A stretch of 64,000 nucleotides of DNA from Macrostomum hystrix (Eukaryota > Animalia > Platyhelminthes). The notes under the pieces are model-generated. The model ran no database searches and was not told the origin of the DNA. It saw only the letters and a list, made by a program, of their open reading frames with translations. The stretch is taken from NCBI GenBank assembly GCA_950097015.1, contig CATNEN010000038.1:29946001-30010000 (forward strand), read 5' to 3'. The translations under genes were made by a program, and so were the position numbers. Positions 31,120 to 44,449 of the stretch are shown piece after piece. How positions within the stretch are numbered: the first letter of the stretch is position 1; the number at the start of each line of letters is the position of its first letter.

Positions 31120-33857
31120 ATGGTGATAAAGTCGCTAACGACTTTCGAAGACGCTTGCGAGGATGGGTGAGCTGAGGTTTCTATTTTGCAATCAATTAAT
31201 TTTTAATTCGGCTTTAAGATCTTCCAACTCGAAAATTGATCTATAATTTTCAGAGTTCACATCCTTAACTTGGCTCACAGACCAGTACTGTGGGTCTGTG
31301 TCACTATCAACCTGGCTGTTATATTACTCGGATTAGTTGGTGAGCTAAGATGCTAAATCTCTCACTATTATGTACTCGAAGTACAGTGAATAAAATGAGC
31401 GATATAGATTTGATTAATTAGCTGATGATTCCACTGACCCTTGATCACCCACACGCACACCGATACTGTAATCAGACGCCCGCTCACACACCCGCTCACA
31501 GACGTGTGCAAATGTGCCTGACTTTCTCATCGTCAGGCAGTGTAGGTTGGCCCTCAAGGATTTTCACAGCTCAGCCTAACAAATGTGGCCTCGCCGCGGA
31601 CTCGAGCTCAGGACCTTGGTGCGAGAGGCAAACGCGTTACCTTGCCAACTCGTCTGCGGCTCATGTTCAGTGTCATTATTTGTAATGGCTAGAGTTTCAA
31701 AGTTCCAACGAATATATATTTAGTTTTTAATCTTGCCTAAGTCCTAGTTTCTTTGAGAAATTTAATAATCTTTCCATCGAACCCTTTCAGCCAAATAGCT
31801 TTGACCTGAGAAGTCTGGTTTTCGTGTCCATCAAGCTAGTCTTTTGATTAGTCTTTGCATTCTTGGAACATATCAATTAGCTTGGACAAAGAAAGATGTC
31901 TTCTAATTTGAGTAGCTGTCTTGTAGGAAGCAAGTTTTAAAAAGTCCTAACCTCTCTCTATTCTTAGTTTTTCAATCATTTTCGAAATTGATTCGGTGAA
32001 GGTGACGGTGAAGTTGGCAAATTAACGCGATGCGCGCACACACACTCGCAGGTAACAGCTTGGCATTCCTTGTGCTCAGTGGTCGCAGACAAGCCGGAAG
32101 TGGCTCTAGATCGCCAGGCTCTCTGTATCTCCGCTGTCTCTGTGTCGCCGACTGCGGCGCGCTTCTTTTTACTGGCCTGCCGTTGACATTGGAGCTGGCC
32201 ACGGCGCACGCACTGAGACTGCCCGGAAACCACCCGGCCGCAGTCGGTAACAGCCTCAACACCTACCCGACCTGCGTTATTCGCCTGTACGCCTCACAGG
32301 CTGCTCCTCTGGCCGCTATTGGCTTGATCATCCTGTTTAGCCTGGAGCGATGCTCAGCTGTTCTGGCTCCGCTGCGACGGGCGAAGCCGAATCATCGGCC
32401 TGGCCGAGCCGCGGCCGCGATCGGTGTTCTCGGCGGGTCCTGCCTGGCCTGCGTCCCATCGCTGCTCAGCCTTGAACCAGCGGCTAAGATGGAAGGTGGC
32501 GATGAGCAAACGGGAAATTTTTCTGACAATGCGGCTTCAATGGGCAATTGTCACACCAGGTGCGAAATTTTCAGAGTCATACAAATATTTTACATTCTAA
32601 ATCATTGGTCTTTAATTATAATAATAATAATTGCAGGAGGGCTGCGGGCAGTGGCACATCATTTGGTGACACTAGACCCGCAGCCAGCGAGGAGGCAATT
32701 CTGCCCATTTCGCTGACTCTTGAGCACACACGCACACAGATACTGTACGCAGGCATACGCTCACACAGGTGTGTACATCTGCCCTGACTTTCTCATCGTC
32801 AGGCAGTGTACATTTCACTGTGCCTTGGACGTTGGCCCTCAAGGGTGTAAATTGCACGACAAGCCCCCAAGACTTCTCTCCGCGGCTGCGCCCCAAATAA
32901 ATATGGCCTCGCCGTGGAATCGAACTCAGGGACCTTGGTGCGAGAGGCAAACGCGTTAGCCGCTCTGCCACCGACCCCCATCATTGGTCTTTAGAAGAAA
33001 GAAATAAAATAAAAACATTCGCATGGGGGCCGTGGCTATCGGAACAATTACCAAGCGAGAGGTAATTCTGTCCACTTTGCCCTGATTAAGGGCTCGAGTC
33101 AGAGTAGGGTTGGGTAAATTGCACTATAATTGCCCACTAAGATTGTCACACCAGGTGTCACACCTTAGCTCCACCACTCAGCCCTGGTAGTTATTCACTT
33201 ATTTAGGATTGGAACGCAAAAGACAGTTTTTTAATGTTTGCATTCATCTCTAGGCCCGCCATTCACACTGCTTCTGTCGCCTCCTACACTCTGCTGAGAT
33301 GCGTTGCGCCGTTCGTCATCACGGCCATCTGTAACGCTCTTATCTGGCGCCGGCTGAGAGCCCGAAGTCGAGAGCCCAACCTAATGACGGACGCTTCGTC
33401 CTGGGCCAAGTCCGAAAGCCGTAGCGAGCGGGTAGCAACTAGAAAGCTGCTGCTAATGTCCGCAACTTTTGTCGTATTAAACTTCCCAGTGGCCGTGCAT
33501 CATATTGTCATGCTATCAACAAGTCCTCGGTCTCACTGCAGCCCGCTAGCCGCTGATGCTTTGGCTGTCAGTGCCAGTTTAAGTTGCGCTAATTTTGCCG
33601 CCAATTTTCTGCTGTTCTGCCTGAGCGAGAGACAGTTTCTAAGAGCAATCACCTGGTTGGTTCTGGTTCAACGCAATTGCCAGAAAGGTCGGAGACAACA
33701 GAGCAGGCTGACTCGGCTTGTGAGCTTCGTGTATCGCCACTCAGCACGCGGCTTTTCTCTCAACTCGGCCGCGATAGCTGCATCGGCTGCGGCTAACAAA
33801 CGGAGGTCGGCGTCTGGGGAGCTGCAACCGAGGCGGTTTGGGACAAGGTGCGTGTGA
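31120..33857 (+). CDS. Rhodopsin-like (class A) GPCR, peptide-receptor-like; exons 31120-31166, 31254-31339, 32052-32559, 33254-33857
   Basis: GT-AG introns join in frame: LLGLVG|NSLAFLVL (TM1 GN), SLYLRCLCVAD (TM2), SLERCSAVLAPL (TM3), LNFP (TM6), NFAANFLLFCL (TM7). Confidence 0.85.
31425..31660 (-). mobile_element. tRNA-derived SINE family A, diverged and internally deleted, in GPCR intron 2
   Basis: Similar to 32710-32970. Confidence 0.75.
32615..32979 (-). mobile_element. tRNA-derived SINE family A, full length, in GPCR intron 3
   Basis: Minus-strand A box TGGCAGAGCGG, B box GAGTTCGATTCC, (TTA)n tail, 14-bp TSD ATCATTGGTCTTTA (32601-32614 / 32980-32993). Confidence 0.93.
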
Positions 33858-33899
33858 AAAATGCTGGGTGGAGGGCGCTCAGGAGATTGGAGCTATAAA

Positions 33900-34240
33900 A
33901 ACTGGACCTATTCAAAGGCTCCTGAGAACTGGACCTATTCAAAGGCTCCTGAGAACTGGACCTATTCAAAGGCTCCTGAGAACTGGACCTATTCAAAGGC
34001 TCCTGAGAACTGGACCTATTCAAAGGCTCCTGAGAACTGGACCTATTCAAAGGCTCCTGAGAACTGGACCTATTCAAAGGCTCCTGAGAACTGGACCTAT
34101 TCAAAGGCTCCTGAGAACTGGACCTATTCAAAGGCTCCTGAGAACTGGACCTATTCAAAGGCTCCTGAGAACTGGACCTATTCAAAGGCTCCTGAGAACT
34201 GGACCTATTCAAAGGCTCCTGAGAACTGGACCTATTCAAA
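33900..34240. repeat. 27-bp perfect minisatellite (AACTGGACCTATTCAAAGGCTCCTGAG) ~12.5x, just 3' of the GPCR stop
   Basis: Direct reading. Confidence 0.97.
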
Positions 34241-35384
34241 CGCAGTCATGATTAACGAATACATTGCTATTATTATTTCTGAATGCAATCATCAGATCTC
34301 GGCTGTGTAACCGAGCTGAAACAGAGCCCATTCGCGCGGTCACGATGGATCTTTGGCACCCTGGTGTTGTTGATGACATTGAATTTATTGATTCGCCTTG
34401 CATCATATAAAACCACTTTTTTTAAACTCCTTGAAAAAAAATATTTGTTATTTGAGTAGTTTATCTGTTTCCATTCGTGTTAAATGTGAAATCATTCTCT
34501 ACTAGTGAACTCCTGGCATTCGCGGCGTATGATATTTGACATTAATGACTTGATTTTCATTTTAGAAACACATACACTTAGTACACTACTTGTTTGAGTA
34601 GATTATTAAGTATATAGCTGGTTTTTTGCGATCCAGGACAACTTAGTCCAAAAAACTTTGTTTAATTTGCTTCGCATTATAAACATAATTGCTCTTTTTT
34701 ATTTTATAAAGATTCTATCTGACCTATATCGTCTAAACAGATTTCAGCAAATTAGCCTAAATGAAACAAATTATAGTAAAATAAAATTAAGCCATTTGTT
34801 TCCTGATGAGACAACTGCGAGGTGCGCCGAATCGAAGGACCCCCAACTGAGGAACTGAAGCCCATAAGGGGACCGCTCTGAGAAATACCGTGTGACTTGA
34901 CCCCGGGAAACCTTGTCCCCATACATCATGCATTAGGCTCAGTTATATTATGTTTTAATAGCCAAGTTTACCACAGAAATTATATAAATCTAGACAGTTA
35001 ATTGAGTTTGAAGAGGTGCAACACTACATTCATTGTGCATTAGCCTGTGCTATGTGTTGAACTGTTTTATGCCAAAATGATCTGCTGGTAATTCCAATGG
35101 ACAGACCACCCATGGTGTCCACTTTGCCCAACACCCACAATGCGAGTGTAATTCTGTCAATTTACCTGACAATTAAGCGAGCCCTCGTGGCTGCTTGACA
35201 ACTAATGAAAAATAAGCGCGTTGTGGACCATGAGGCATACAATAAATAGCGGTAACAGTTTGCAATAGAAATGCCAAAAAATATTTCGCTTTTAACTGGT
35301 CAACTCATTAAGAGTAATGGGCGGATAGGATATGCAGGACTGATACTATATTTTTACCGGAAAAACGGATTGTAATTTTTGTTT

Positions 35385-35403
35385 TAGATAGATAGATAGA
35401 TAA

Positions 35404-35490
<87 letters not shown>

Positions 35491-35491
35491 T

Positions 35492-35586
<95 letters not shown>

Positions 35587-35587
35587 T

Positions 35588-35653
<66 letters not shown>
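35385..35653. repeat. (GATA)n microsatellite
   Basis: Direct reading. Confidence 0.98.
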
Positions 35654-35654
<1 letters not shown>

Positions 35655-36121
35655 TTATCCAAAAGTACTCCTAAACTAGAGTACTAACAGCTGAGCAGAA
35701 ATTTCGGGTCGCGACCCGATCGTCATTCCAGTTCTCAAGGAGAAGAAAAACTTTCTCCAGAAACCATTCGGACGAAAAATGTCAGGAAAGTGAATTAGTT
35801 CGAAGGCAAATGTGCTCATCGGTTTGAGCACGAGTTTCTGGGCCAAGTGCACAGCGGATGCTGTGAATCCCCTCCGGTTGATAATGCAATTCCTGTGAAC
35901 AGGTTCCAGTAACTGTTCCTTAGGTAAGCATGACTGCATAAGCCAAAATCTAATATGAAAGTAGAACTAACGAATGTTTTAACTTGCTATTTTGTGAAGA
36001 AACAATTCAGACTTCATCTAAAGTGGCACTTGCTTCTAGTAGAAAATTGGTATTTGAGATAAAATGAAAATTGAAATGTTTATTGGCCGATTCAGTGGAG
36101 AGCTTATTAGAATCTAGAGGA

Positions 36122-36309
36122 ATGTCTATGTGTAACATTGGATGTCTATGTGTAACATGGGATGTCTATGTGTAACATGGGATGTCTATGTGTAACATGG
36201 GATGTCTATGTGTAACATGGGATGTCTATGTGTAACATGGGATGTCTATGTGTAACATGGGATGTCTATGTGTAACATAGGATGTCTATGTGTAACGTGG
36301 GATGTCTGT
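36122..36309. repeat. 20-bp minisatellite (GATGTCTATGTGTAACATGG) ~9x
   Basis: Direct reading. Confidence 0.97.
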
Positions 36310-37219
36310 ATGTTCATTGAGTTGGTTCATTGGCCGATGTCTTTGACCCGACCTGACCCGTCACAGAATGACATCAAGCCCAGCGCAAAAAAATCTTCCC
36401 CACCAAGGGCAATGAAGCGGTACCCATTCATGACCCAAAGGAGTGAGGACTTAGCGAGTGCGAAATTGTGATGGGAAAAGTGTGCGCGCGTCGATGGAAA
36501 AATTAGGGGCTAGACCTCTTCAGTCACTCACGCTTCAGTTGCTAGGGCCGGGTCGCCTAGAGCTGGCTCTTTCGATTCTCGTCGATGTTGAGAAGGCCGA
36601 TAATGGCCTAAAAGTTGACCAGTAAGATGGGTCTAAATCGTTTCACACTTTCGAAATGATTTTTTTCGGCGCAAAAGAAAATAAACGATAAGAATGGATC
36701 GCAACTCCGGCCTCACAATTTCTCATAAGTTAAGATTTTTATCGCCACTAAAACCTCATCAATGATTCTGTCACACAGTGAGCTGAAAGGATCACTTTGT
36801 ACTCCTCTTGTGTAGCTGAGAAAACCCTCCTGCAGTGGGAAGCTGGGATTTTATCCCAGTCGGCGGCCATCAGTACTTTCTCATTCTCCCAAATCTCTGA
36901 TTTCTCCTCTAAAATCTCTGCTGCCAATTCCCAGTACAGTTAAGATTGGGAAATATTCGGCCATGCGCAAGAAATATAATAAAAGTGCCCAACAACCATC
37001 ATAGGTCTTTGCTGAGCCGAATCTACTTGGTGGTAACGAGGATCTTCGTAAGTCAGAAGCATTTTTGAAATCCCCAAAGACAGTGAGTGTGAGGTTTAGT
37101 CTCTGCAACTCTAATCTTGTTAGTGCATCTGAGATTTCTCCAGAGTACTGAATGAACACTTATGTCATTATTATTAAGAAGATAGTTTACTGAGATGGTA
37201 CCCTATGTCAGTTTCAAAG

Positions 37220-38835
37220 TTAGTCCTCCAGTCCCATAGCTAATCCTCCAGTCCCATAGCTAATCCTCCAGTCCCATAGCTAATCCTCCAGTCCCATAGC
37301 TAATCCTCCAGTCCCATAGCTAATCCTCCAGTCCCATAGCTAATCCTCCAGTCCCATAGCTAATCCTCCAGTCCCATAGCTAATCCTCCAGTCCCATAGC
37401 TAATCCTCCAGTCCCATAGCTAATCCTACAGTCCCACAGTTAATCCTCCAGTCCCACAGTTAATCCTCCAGTCCCACAGTTAATCCTACAGTCCCACAGT
37501 TAATCCTCCAGTCCCACAGTTAATCCTACAGTCCCACAGTTAATCCTCCAGTCCCGCAGTTAATCCTCAAGTCCCGCAGTTAATCCTCCAGTCCCGCAGT
37601 TAATCCTCCAGTCCACCAGTTAATCCTCCAGTCCCACAGTTAATCCTACAGTACCACAGTTAATCCTCCAGTACCACAGTTAATCCTCCAGTCCCACAGT
37701 TAATCCTCCAGTCCCACTGTTAATCCTACAGTCTCACAGGTAATCCTCCATTCCCACAGTTGATCCTCCATTTCACAGTTAATCCTCCAGTCCCACTGTT
37801 AATCCTACAGTCCCACAGTTAATCCTCCAGTCCCACAGTTAATCCTCCAGTCCCACAGTTAATCCTCCAGTCCCACAGTTAATCCTACAGTCCCACAGTT
37901 AATCCTCCAGTCCCACAGTTAATCCTCCAGTCCCATTGTTAATCCTCCCGTCTCACAGGTAATCCTCCATTCCCACAGTTGATCCTCTAGTCCCACAGTT
38001 AATCCTCCATTCCCATAGTTAATCCTCCAGTCCCACAGTTAATCCTCCAGTCCCTCAGTTAATCCTCCAGTCCACCAGTTAATCCTATAGTCTCACAGTT
38101 AATCAATCCTACAGTCCCACAGTTAATCCTCCAGTCCCACAGTTAATCCTCCAGTCCCACAGTTAATCCTCCAGTCCCACAGTTAATCCTCCAGTCCCAC
38201 AGTTAATCCTCCAGTCCCATAGTTAATCCTCCAGTCCCACAGTTAATCCTCCAGTCCCACAGTTAATCCTCCAGTCCCACAGTTAATCCTCCAGTCCCAC
38301 AGTTAATCCTCCAGTCCCACAGTTAATCCTCCAGTCCCACAGTTAATCCTCCAGTCCCACAGTTAATCCTCTAGTCCCACAGTTAATCCTCCATTCCCAT
38401 AGTTAATCCTACAGTCCCACAGTTAATCCTCCAGTCCCACAGTTAATCCTCCAGTCCCACAGTTAATCCTCCAGTCCCACAGTTAATCCTACAGTCCCAC
38501 AGTTAATCCTCCAGTCCCACAGTTAATCCTCCAGTCCCATTGTTAATCCTCCCGTCTCACAGGTAATCCTCCATTCCCACAGTTGATCCTCTAGTCCCAC
38601 AGTTAATCCTCCATTCCCATAGTTAATCCTCCAGTCCCACAGTTAATCCTCCAGTCCCTCAGTTAATCCTCCAGTCCACCAGTTAATCCTATAGTCTCAC
38701 AGTTAATCAATCCTACAGTCCCACAGTTAATCCTCCAGTCCCACAGTTAATCCTCCAGTCCCACAGTTAATCCTCCAGTCCCACAGTTAATCCTCCAGTC
38801 GCAAAGTTAATCCTCTAGTCCGTCAGTTAATCTCT
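37220..38835. repeat. 20-bp minisatellite (GTTAATCCTCCAGTCCCACA)
   Basis: Direct reading. Confidence 0.97.
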
Positions 38836-39236
38836 TAGCTAATTCATATGTGTACATTAGATTGGACAACAAATTTGAGTATCCTCGAATATTGTCGAAT
38901 TCTCGCAGAGTTTTAAGTGACATCGAGTGCCAGAATTGTAGCCGAAACGAAATCAAAAGAATCTCGATCCACTTTAAAGCTAAGCCCCAAAGGCCTCAGA
39001 TAAGATGCCTGGGAACGTCCAAGCACTGTACTTGTCTCCAAAAAAATCTGCTTTCTAAAAGCAGCCCTCTTAGCGCAAACTCGCGCCGCTAAGTTGCTGA
39101 TGGGTAGTGTAACGGAATTCTCTATTTTTAAGTCTCAAATCTTTTCTTTACGAAAATTTTAAGATAGAAGTTGAGACTGAAAGTAAAAATGTTTAGTTTA
39201 TGATAGAAATCAGTGCCTGAACCTCTGAATATACAC

Positions 39237-39545
39237 TTAATCCCCAGCTTGGCCCGGACTATTGGCTATTAATTCTGTTTATTTATTTATTTATTTATTT
39301 GTTTATTAATCGGCCTAGGCCTAGGCCGATTAAACATATAGTCTATGGTCACAGTTGCTGTAAACAGTTTTATAGTGCAATCTCATGAGCCGGGCCAAGC
39401 TTTAGGATTAAATGCTATAATACCCCCCTGAAATCGTTGTCTATGGCCTAGGAACGGCTGAGGACGCGTTTCTTGGCCGAGGCGAAGCCGAGTACCCCCC
39501 AAATAATACCCCCCAAAGAAACGAAATCAGGGGGGTATTATTCTA
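39237..39545. mobile_element. Two adjacent short inverted-repeat (MITE-like) modules
   Basis: TTAATCCCCAGCTTGGCCCGG...CCGGGCCAAGCTTTAGGATTAA with a central 28-bp palindrome; then ATAATACCCCCCTGA...TCAGGGGGGTATTAT. Confidence 0.55.
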
Positions 39546-39864
39546 TACTGAGAGGTGTAACACGCAGCCTCTGTACCTTACACTTCTTCGATACTTTTCG
39601 TTTTGGAAGCATTTTTTGTTTTTTTGCAGGGCGGGGCAATTATTTTGGAATCAGATTTGAATGAGTCAGCTAGCAGGCAGGCAATCTTGTTGTTTGTTAC
39701 TTCTTCTAAAAGTTGCGAATACTTCATTCAGTATTCTGTCAGGCAATATTCATCAGTACTGGGTGGCCAATTTCTTTATTAAAGATTTTTTTCAACGGAA
39801 TATGGGGCTGAAAAACGATTGTGTTTACAGAATATCAGCAATTTAAATTAAAAAATGTATTTTT

Positions 39865-41370
39865 TCTTCAGGATATAAACTCAGGTTTAATACATGTTAA
39901 ACTTCTTCAGGATTTCAGGAGAATTTTCTTCAGGACTTTAGGAAGAATTTCTTCAGGACTTCAGAAAGAATTTCTTCAGGACTTCAGGAGAAATTTCTTC
40001 CGGACTTCAAGAAGAAGTTCTTCAGGACTTCAGGAGAATTTTCTTCAGGACTTCAGGAAGAATTTCTTCACGCCTTCAGGAGAAATTTCTTCAGGACTTT
40101 AGGAGAATTTTCTTCAGGACTTCAGGAAGAATTTCTTCAGGACTTCAGGAGAAATTTCTTCCGGACTTCAAGAAGAAGTTCTTCAGGACTTCAGGAGAAT
40201 TTTCTTCAGGACTTCAGGAAGAATTTCTTTAGGACTTCAGGAGAAATTTCTTCAGTACCTAAGGAGAATTTCCTTCAGGACTTTAGGAGAAATTTCTTCA
40301 GGACTTAAGGAGAATTTCCTTCAGGACTTTAGGACAATTTTCTTCAAGACTTCAGGAAGAATTTCTTCAGGACTTCAGGAGGAATTTCTTTGGGAATTCA
40401 GGAGAATTTCTTCCGGACTTCAGGAAGAATTTCTTCAGGACTTCAGGAAGAATTTCTTCAGGACTTTAGGAGAATTTTCTTCAAGACTTCAGGAAGAATA
40501 TATTCAGGACTTCAGAAAGAATTTCTTCAGGACTTCAGGAGAAACTTCTTCAGGACTTAAGGAGTATTTCCTTCAGGACTTTAGGAGAATTTTCTTCAGG
40601 ACTTCAGGAAGAATTTCTTCAGGACTTCAGGAGGAATTTCTTTAGGACTTCAGGAAGAATTTCTTCCGGACTTCAGGAAGAATTTCTTCAGGACTTCAGG
40701 AGAATTTTCTTCAAGACTTCAGGAAGAATTTCTTGAGGACTTCAGAAAGAATTTCTTCAGGACTTCAGGAGAATTTTTTCCGGACTTCAGGAAGAATTTC
40801 TTCAGGACTTTAGGAGAATTTTCTTCAAGACTTCAGGAAGAATTTCTTGAGGACTTCAGAAAGAATTTCTTCAGGACTTCAGGAAGAATTTCTTCAGGAC
40901 TTCAGGAGAAATTTCTTCAGGACTTTAGGAAGAATTTCTTTAGGACTTCAGGAGAAATTTCTTCAGGACTTAAGGAGAATTTCCTTCAGGACTTCAGGAG
41001 GAATTTCTTTAGGACTTCAGGAGAATTTCTTCCGGACTTCAGGAAGAATTTCTTCAGGACTTCAGGAGAATTTTCTTCAAGACTTCAGGAAGAATTTCTT
41101 GAGGACTTCAGAAAGAATTTCTTCAGGACTTCAGGAGAATTTCTTCCGGACTTAAGGAGAATTTCCTTCAGGACTTTAGGAGAATTTTCTTCAGGACTTC
41201 AGGAGAAATGTCTTCAGGACTTCAGGAGAAATTTCTTTAGGACTTCAGTAGGAATTGCTTCAGGACTTCAGGGAGAATTTCTTCAGGACTTCAGGAAGAA
41301 TTTCTTCAGGACTTTAGGAGAATTTTCTTCAGGACTTCAGGATGAATTTATTCAGGATTTCAGGAGGAAT
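39865..41370. repeat. ~24-bp minisatellite (TTTCTTCAGGACTTCAGGAAGAA)
   Basis: Direct reading. Confidence 0.95.
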
Positions 41371-42067
41371 TTATGTTGAGTTTCCTCGTAGCTCTTCCGG
41401 AAAAATTCTGATATTTATTCTTCAGCGCTTCAGGTAAATGCAGACTGTATTGTCGAAATTTTAATATATTGTTCACTGAAGTCTAAAACTGACTGAAAGT
41501 AAAGTATTGTTCGCAATGCTTAAAGCCAAACTTCAGGGTGATGTGTTGAAACTTCAGTATATGATCCAGCCAGGTATTTTATTAAATTTAACAGTATAAG
41601 CCACGATTGAAATACAAATTTACGACCAGTCAGTGATTGTTTACACCGCAAGTCAGTGCAGTTGCGTCACACTCCAACTGATTCAGGCAGAACAAAAAAT
41701 TCAAGATAATAATTCTTTTAGTCAGCCATTTCGCGTAGCAACCAAAGCGGCCTGGAACTTTGCCATCGCGGCCGACAATCTATATAGCTGATTTTTGAAA
41801 GCGTGCGGCCAGTGAAATTTTTTGTCTTGCCATTGAAAAAATCGATTTCAAACCGCATACCAAATCTCCTACGTGATTAGTTCCCGGTGGGAAAATAAGT
41901 GCGGTATAGATTAGATAAGACCAATGTCCGCATGGGAAAATCGCGATAAATGTGCGTCTGTCGCTATGAATAAGATTTATTTGTTTTCCGAGGCACCTTA
42001 CTGTGGCACCGTTATCTCACTGATCTAGGCGTTATCAACTATCGGCTTTCCTGATGCTAAACTTAGT

Positions 42068-42865
42068 GGGTTTATTAGCGGATTCAGTGAAGGGTTTATT
42101 AGCGGATTCAGTGGAAGGGTTTATTAGCGGATTCAGTGAAGGGTTCATTAGCGGATTCAGTAAGGGGTTTATTAGCGGATTCAGTGGTGGGTTCATTAGC
42201 GGATTCAGTGAAGGGTTTATTAGCGGATTCAGTGGAAGGGTTTATTAGCGGATTCAGTGAAGGGTTCATTAGCGGATTCAGTGGTGGGTTTATTAGCGGA
42301 TTCAGTGAAGGGTTTATTAGCGGATTCAGTCGTGGGTTTATTAGCGGATTCAGTGGTGGGTTTATTAGCGGATTCAGTGAAGGGTTTATTAGCGGATTCA
42401 GTGGAAGGGTTTATTAGCGGATTCAGTGGTGGGTTTATTAGCGGATTCAGTGGTGGGTTTATTAGCGGATTCAGTGAAGGGTTTATTAGCGGATTCAGTG
42501 GTGGGTTTATTAGCGGATTCAGTGGTGGGTTTATTAGCGGATTCAGTGGTGGGTTTATTAGCGGATTCAGTGGTGGGTTTATTAGCGGATTCAGTGAAGG
42601 GTTTATTGGCGGATTCAGTGAAGGTTCATTAGCGGATTCAGTAGTGGGTTTATTAGCGGATTCAGTAGTGGGCTTATTAGCGGATTCAGTGGTGGGTTTA
42701 TTAGCGGATTCAGTGGAAGGGTTTATTAACGGATTCAGTAAAGGGTTTACTAGCGGATTTAATAAAAAGTTTATTAGCGGATTCAGTGGTGGGTTTATTA
42801 GCGGATTCAATAATGGGTTTATCAACGGTTTCAGTGGTGGGTTCATCAACGGTTTCAGTGGAGGG
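42068..42865. repeat. 24/25-bp minisatellite (GGGTTTATTAGCGGATTCAGTG(GT/AA))
   Basis: Direct reading. Confidence 0.96.
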
Positions 42866-43761
42866 TCAATCGCCGAACACCGGTTGTTTCACAGCAGCAT
42901 TAACTCCCAAATATCCCAAGGCGGTGGAGAGCCAGTGTCACTGACCCCACTGAATCTAAAGTCAGAAATGTGACCCTTGTCACACAATCATATCGCAAGA
43001 TTTGTGATGGATCAAGGCGGCAACATTGCAGTTGGTTTGCATTCATTTCTTTTATATTTGCTTTGCTTTCTATATTTGTCTATAATATCTGATTGCACCT
43101 ATATAACATTCAACAGTTGCTAACTCTGTTGAGATAACACTAGACTAGGTAAATAATCTTTGCTTAACTGTGAGTAGGCTGCGGGAATAAGTCTGAGTAG
43201 AAACTCTCGCTGTAAGAAAATGATAGACAAGGGGGAGCAGAGACAGGAAATGATGTCTCGGGAGGCAGCGCTTTTGATTTTCCGATTTTTTTTCATAGAA
43301 AAAGGACAGATTTGTTTCTTCCCATTTCTCCAGTAGTCAGACTTGGGATCAGGTGGTTTTAGTTGGCGCCTAATAACTGGTCTAAAACTCCCCGAAATAT
43401 GAATGGATCTGTGAAAATTACCTACCCTATCTCTATTCCCGAAGGGTCCAAGTCTATGTTTTCACAATGCCTAGCAAAAACCATCTCGAGCCACTTTTCA
43501 CTTTCTTCTTGGAAGCATGATTTTTTTAACTAGCAGGCCTTACTGCGTTCATGTCTGTTGAAAAGCAGCGCTTGGAAACAAGCCAGGTTCGTTAACAACC
43601 GGCGGAAAAAACGTAACGAAAGTTTAACTGAATAAAAAAGGCTGATTGCGATGCTGTGAATTCTGTATGGAACCCTGGATAATGACCACTCTGACCTTAA
43701 AATACACTCCTAGATTAACTTCAAAATCTTGGACAAAGGATACTTAGACGAGAAAAAAGCA

Positions 43762-44449
43762 GGGAGAGATGAGACACGGGAGAGATGAGACAGGGGAGAG
43801 ATGAGGCAGGGGAGAGATGAGACAGGGGAGAGATGAGACACGGGAGAGATGAGACAGGGGAGAGATGAGACAGGGGAGAGATGAGACAGTGGAGAGATGA
43901 GACAGAGGAGAGATAAGACAGGGGAGAGATGAGACAGGGGAGAGATGAGACAGGGGAGAGATGAGACAGTGGAGAGATGAGACAGAGGAGAGATAAGACA
44001 GGGGAGAGATGAGACAGGCGAGAGATGAGAGACGGGAGAGATGAGACAGGGGAGAGATGAGACACGGGAGAGATGAGACAGGGGAGAGATGAGACAGGGG
44101 AGAGATGAGACAGGGGAGAGATGAGACACGGGAGAGATGAGACAGGGGAGAGATGAGACAGTGGAGAGATGAGACAGAGGAGAGATAAGACAGGGGAGAG
44201 ATGAGACAGGCGAGAGATGAGAGACGGGAGAGATGAGACAGGGGAGAGATGAGACAGGGGAGAGATGAGACACGGGAGAGATGAGAGAGGGGAGAGATGA
44301 GACAGGCGAGAGATGAGACAGGGGAGAGATGAGACACGGGAGAGATAAGACAGAGGAGAGATGAGACAGGGGAGAGATGAGACAGGGGAGAGATGAGACA
44401 GAGGAGAGATAAGGCAGGGGAGAGATGAGACAGGGGAGAGATAAGACAG
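43762..44449 (+). repeat. 17-bp purine-rich minisatellite (GGAGAGATGAGACAGGG)
   Basis: Direct reading. Confidence 0.96.

Noticed and set aside
32770-32815. CTGACGA...GAAA on the SINE sense strand resembling a hammerhead ribozyme core
   Set aside because: No stem II or III and no correctly placed UH cleavage site; a simple hairpin explains it.
33900-34240. CRISPR-like regular repeats (also the punctuated array at 27578-28745)
   Set aside because: Head-to-tail repeats without unique spacers, no cas genes, eukaryotic context.
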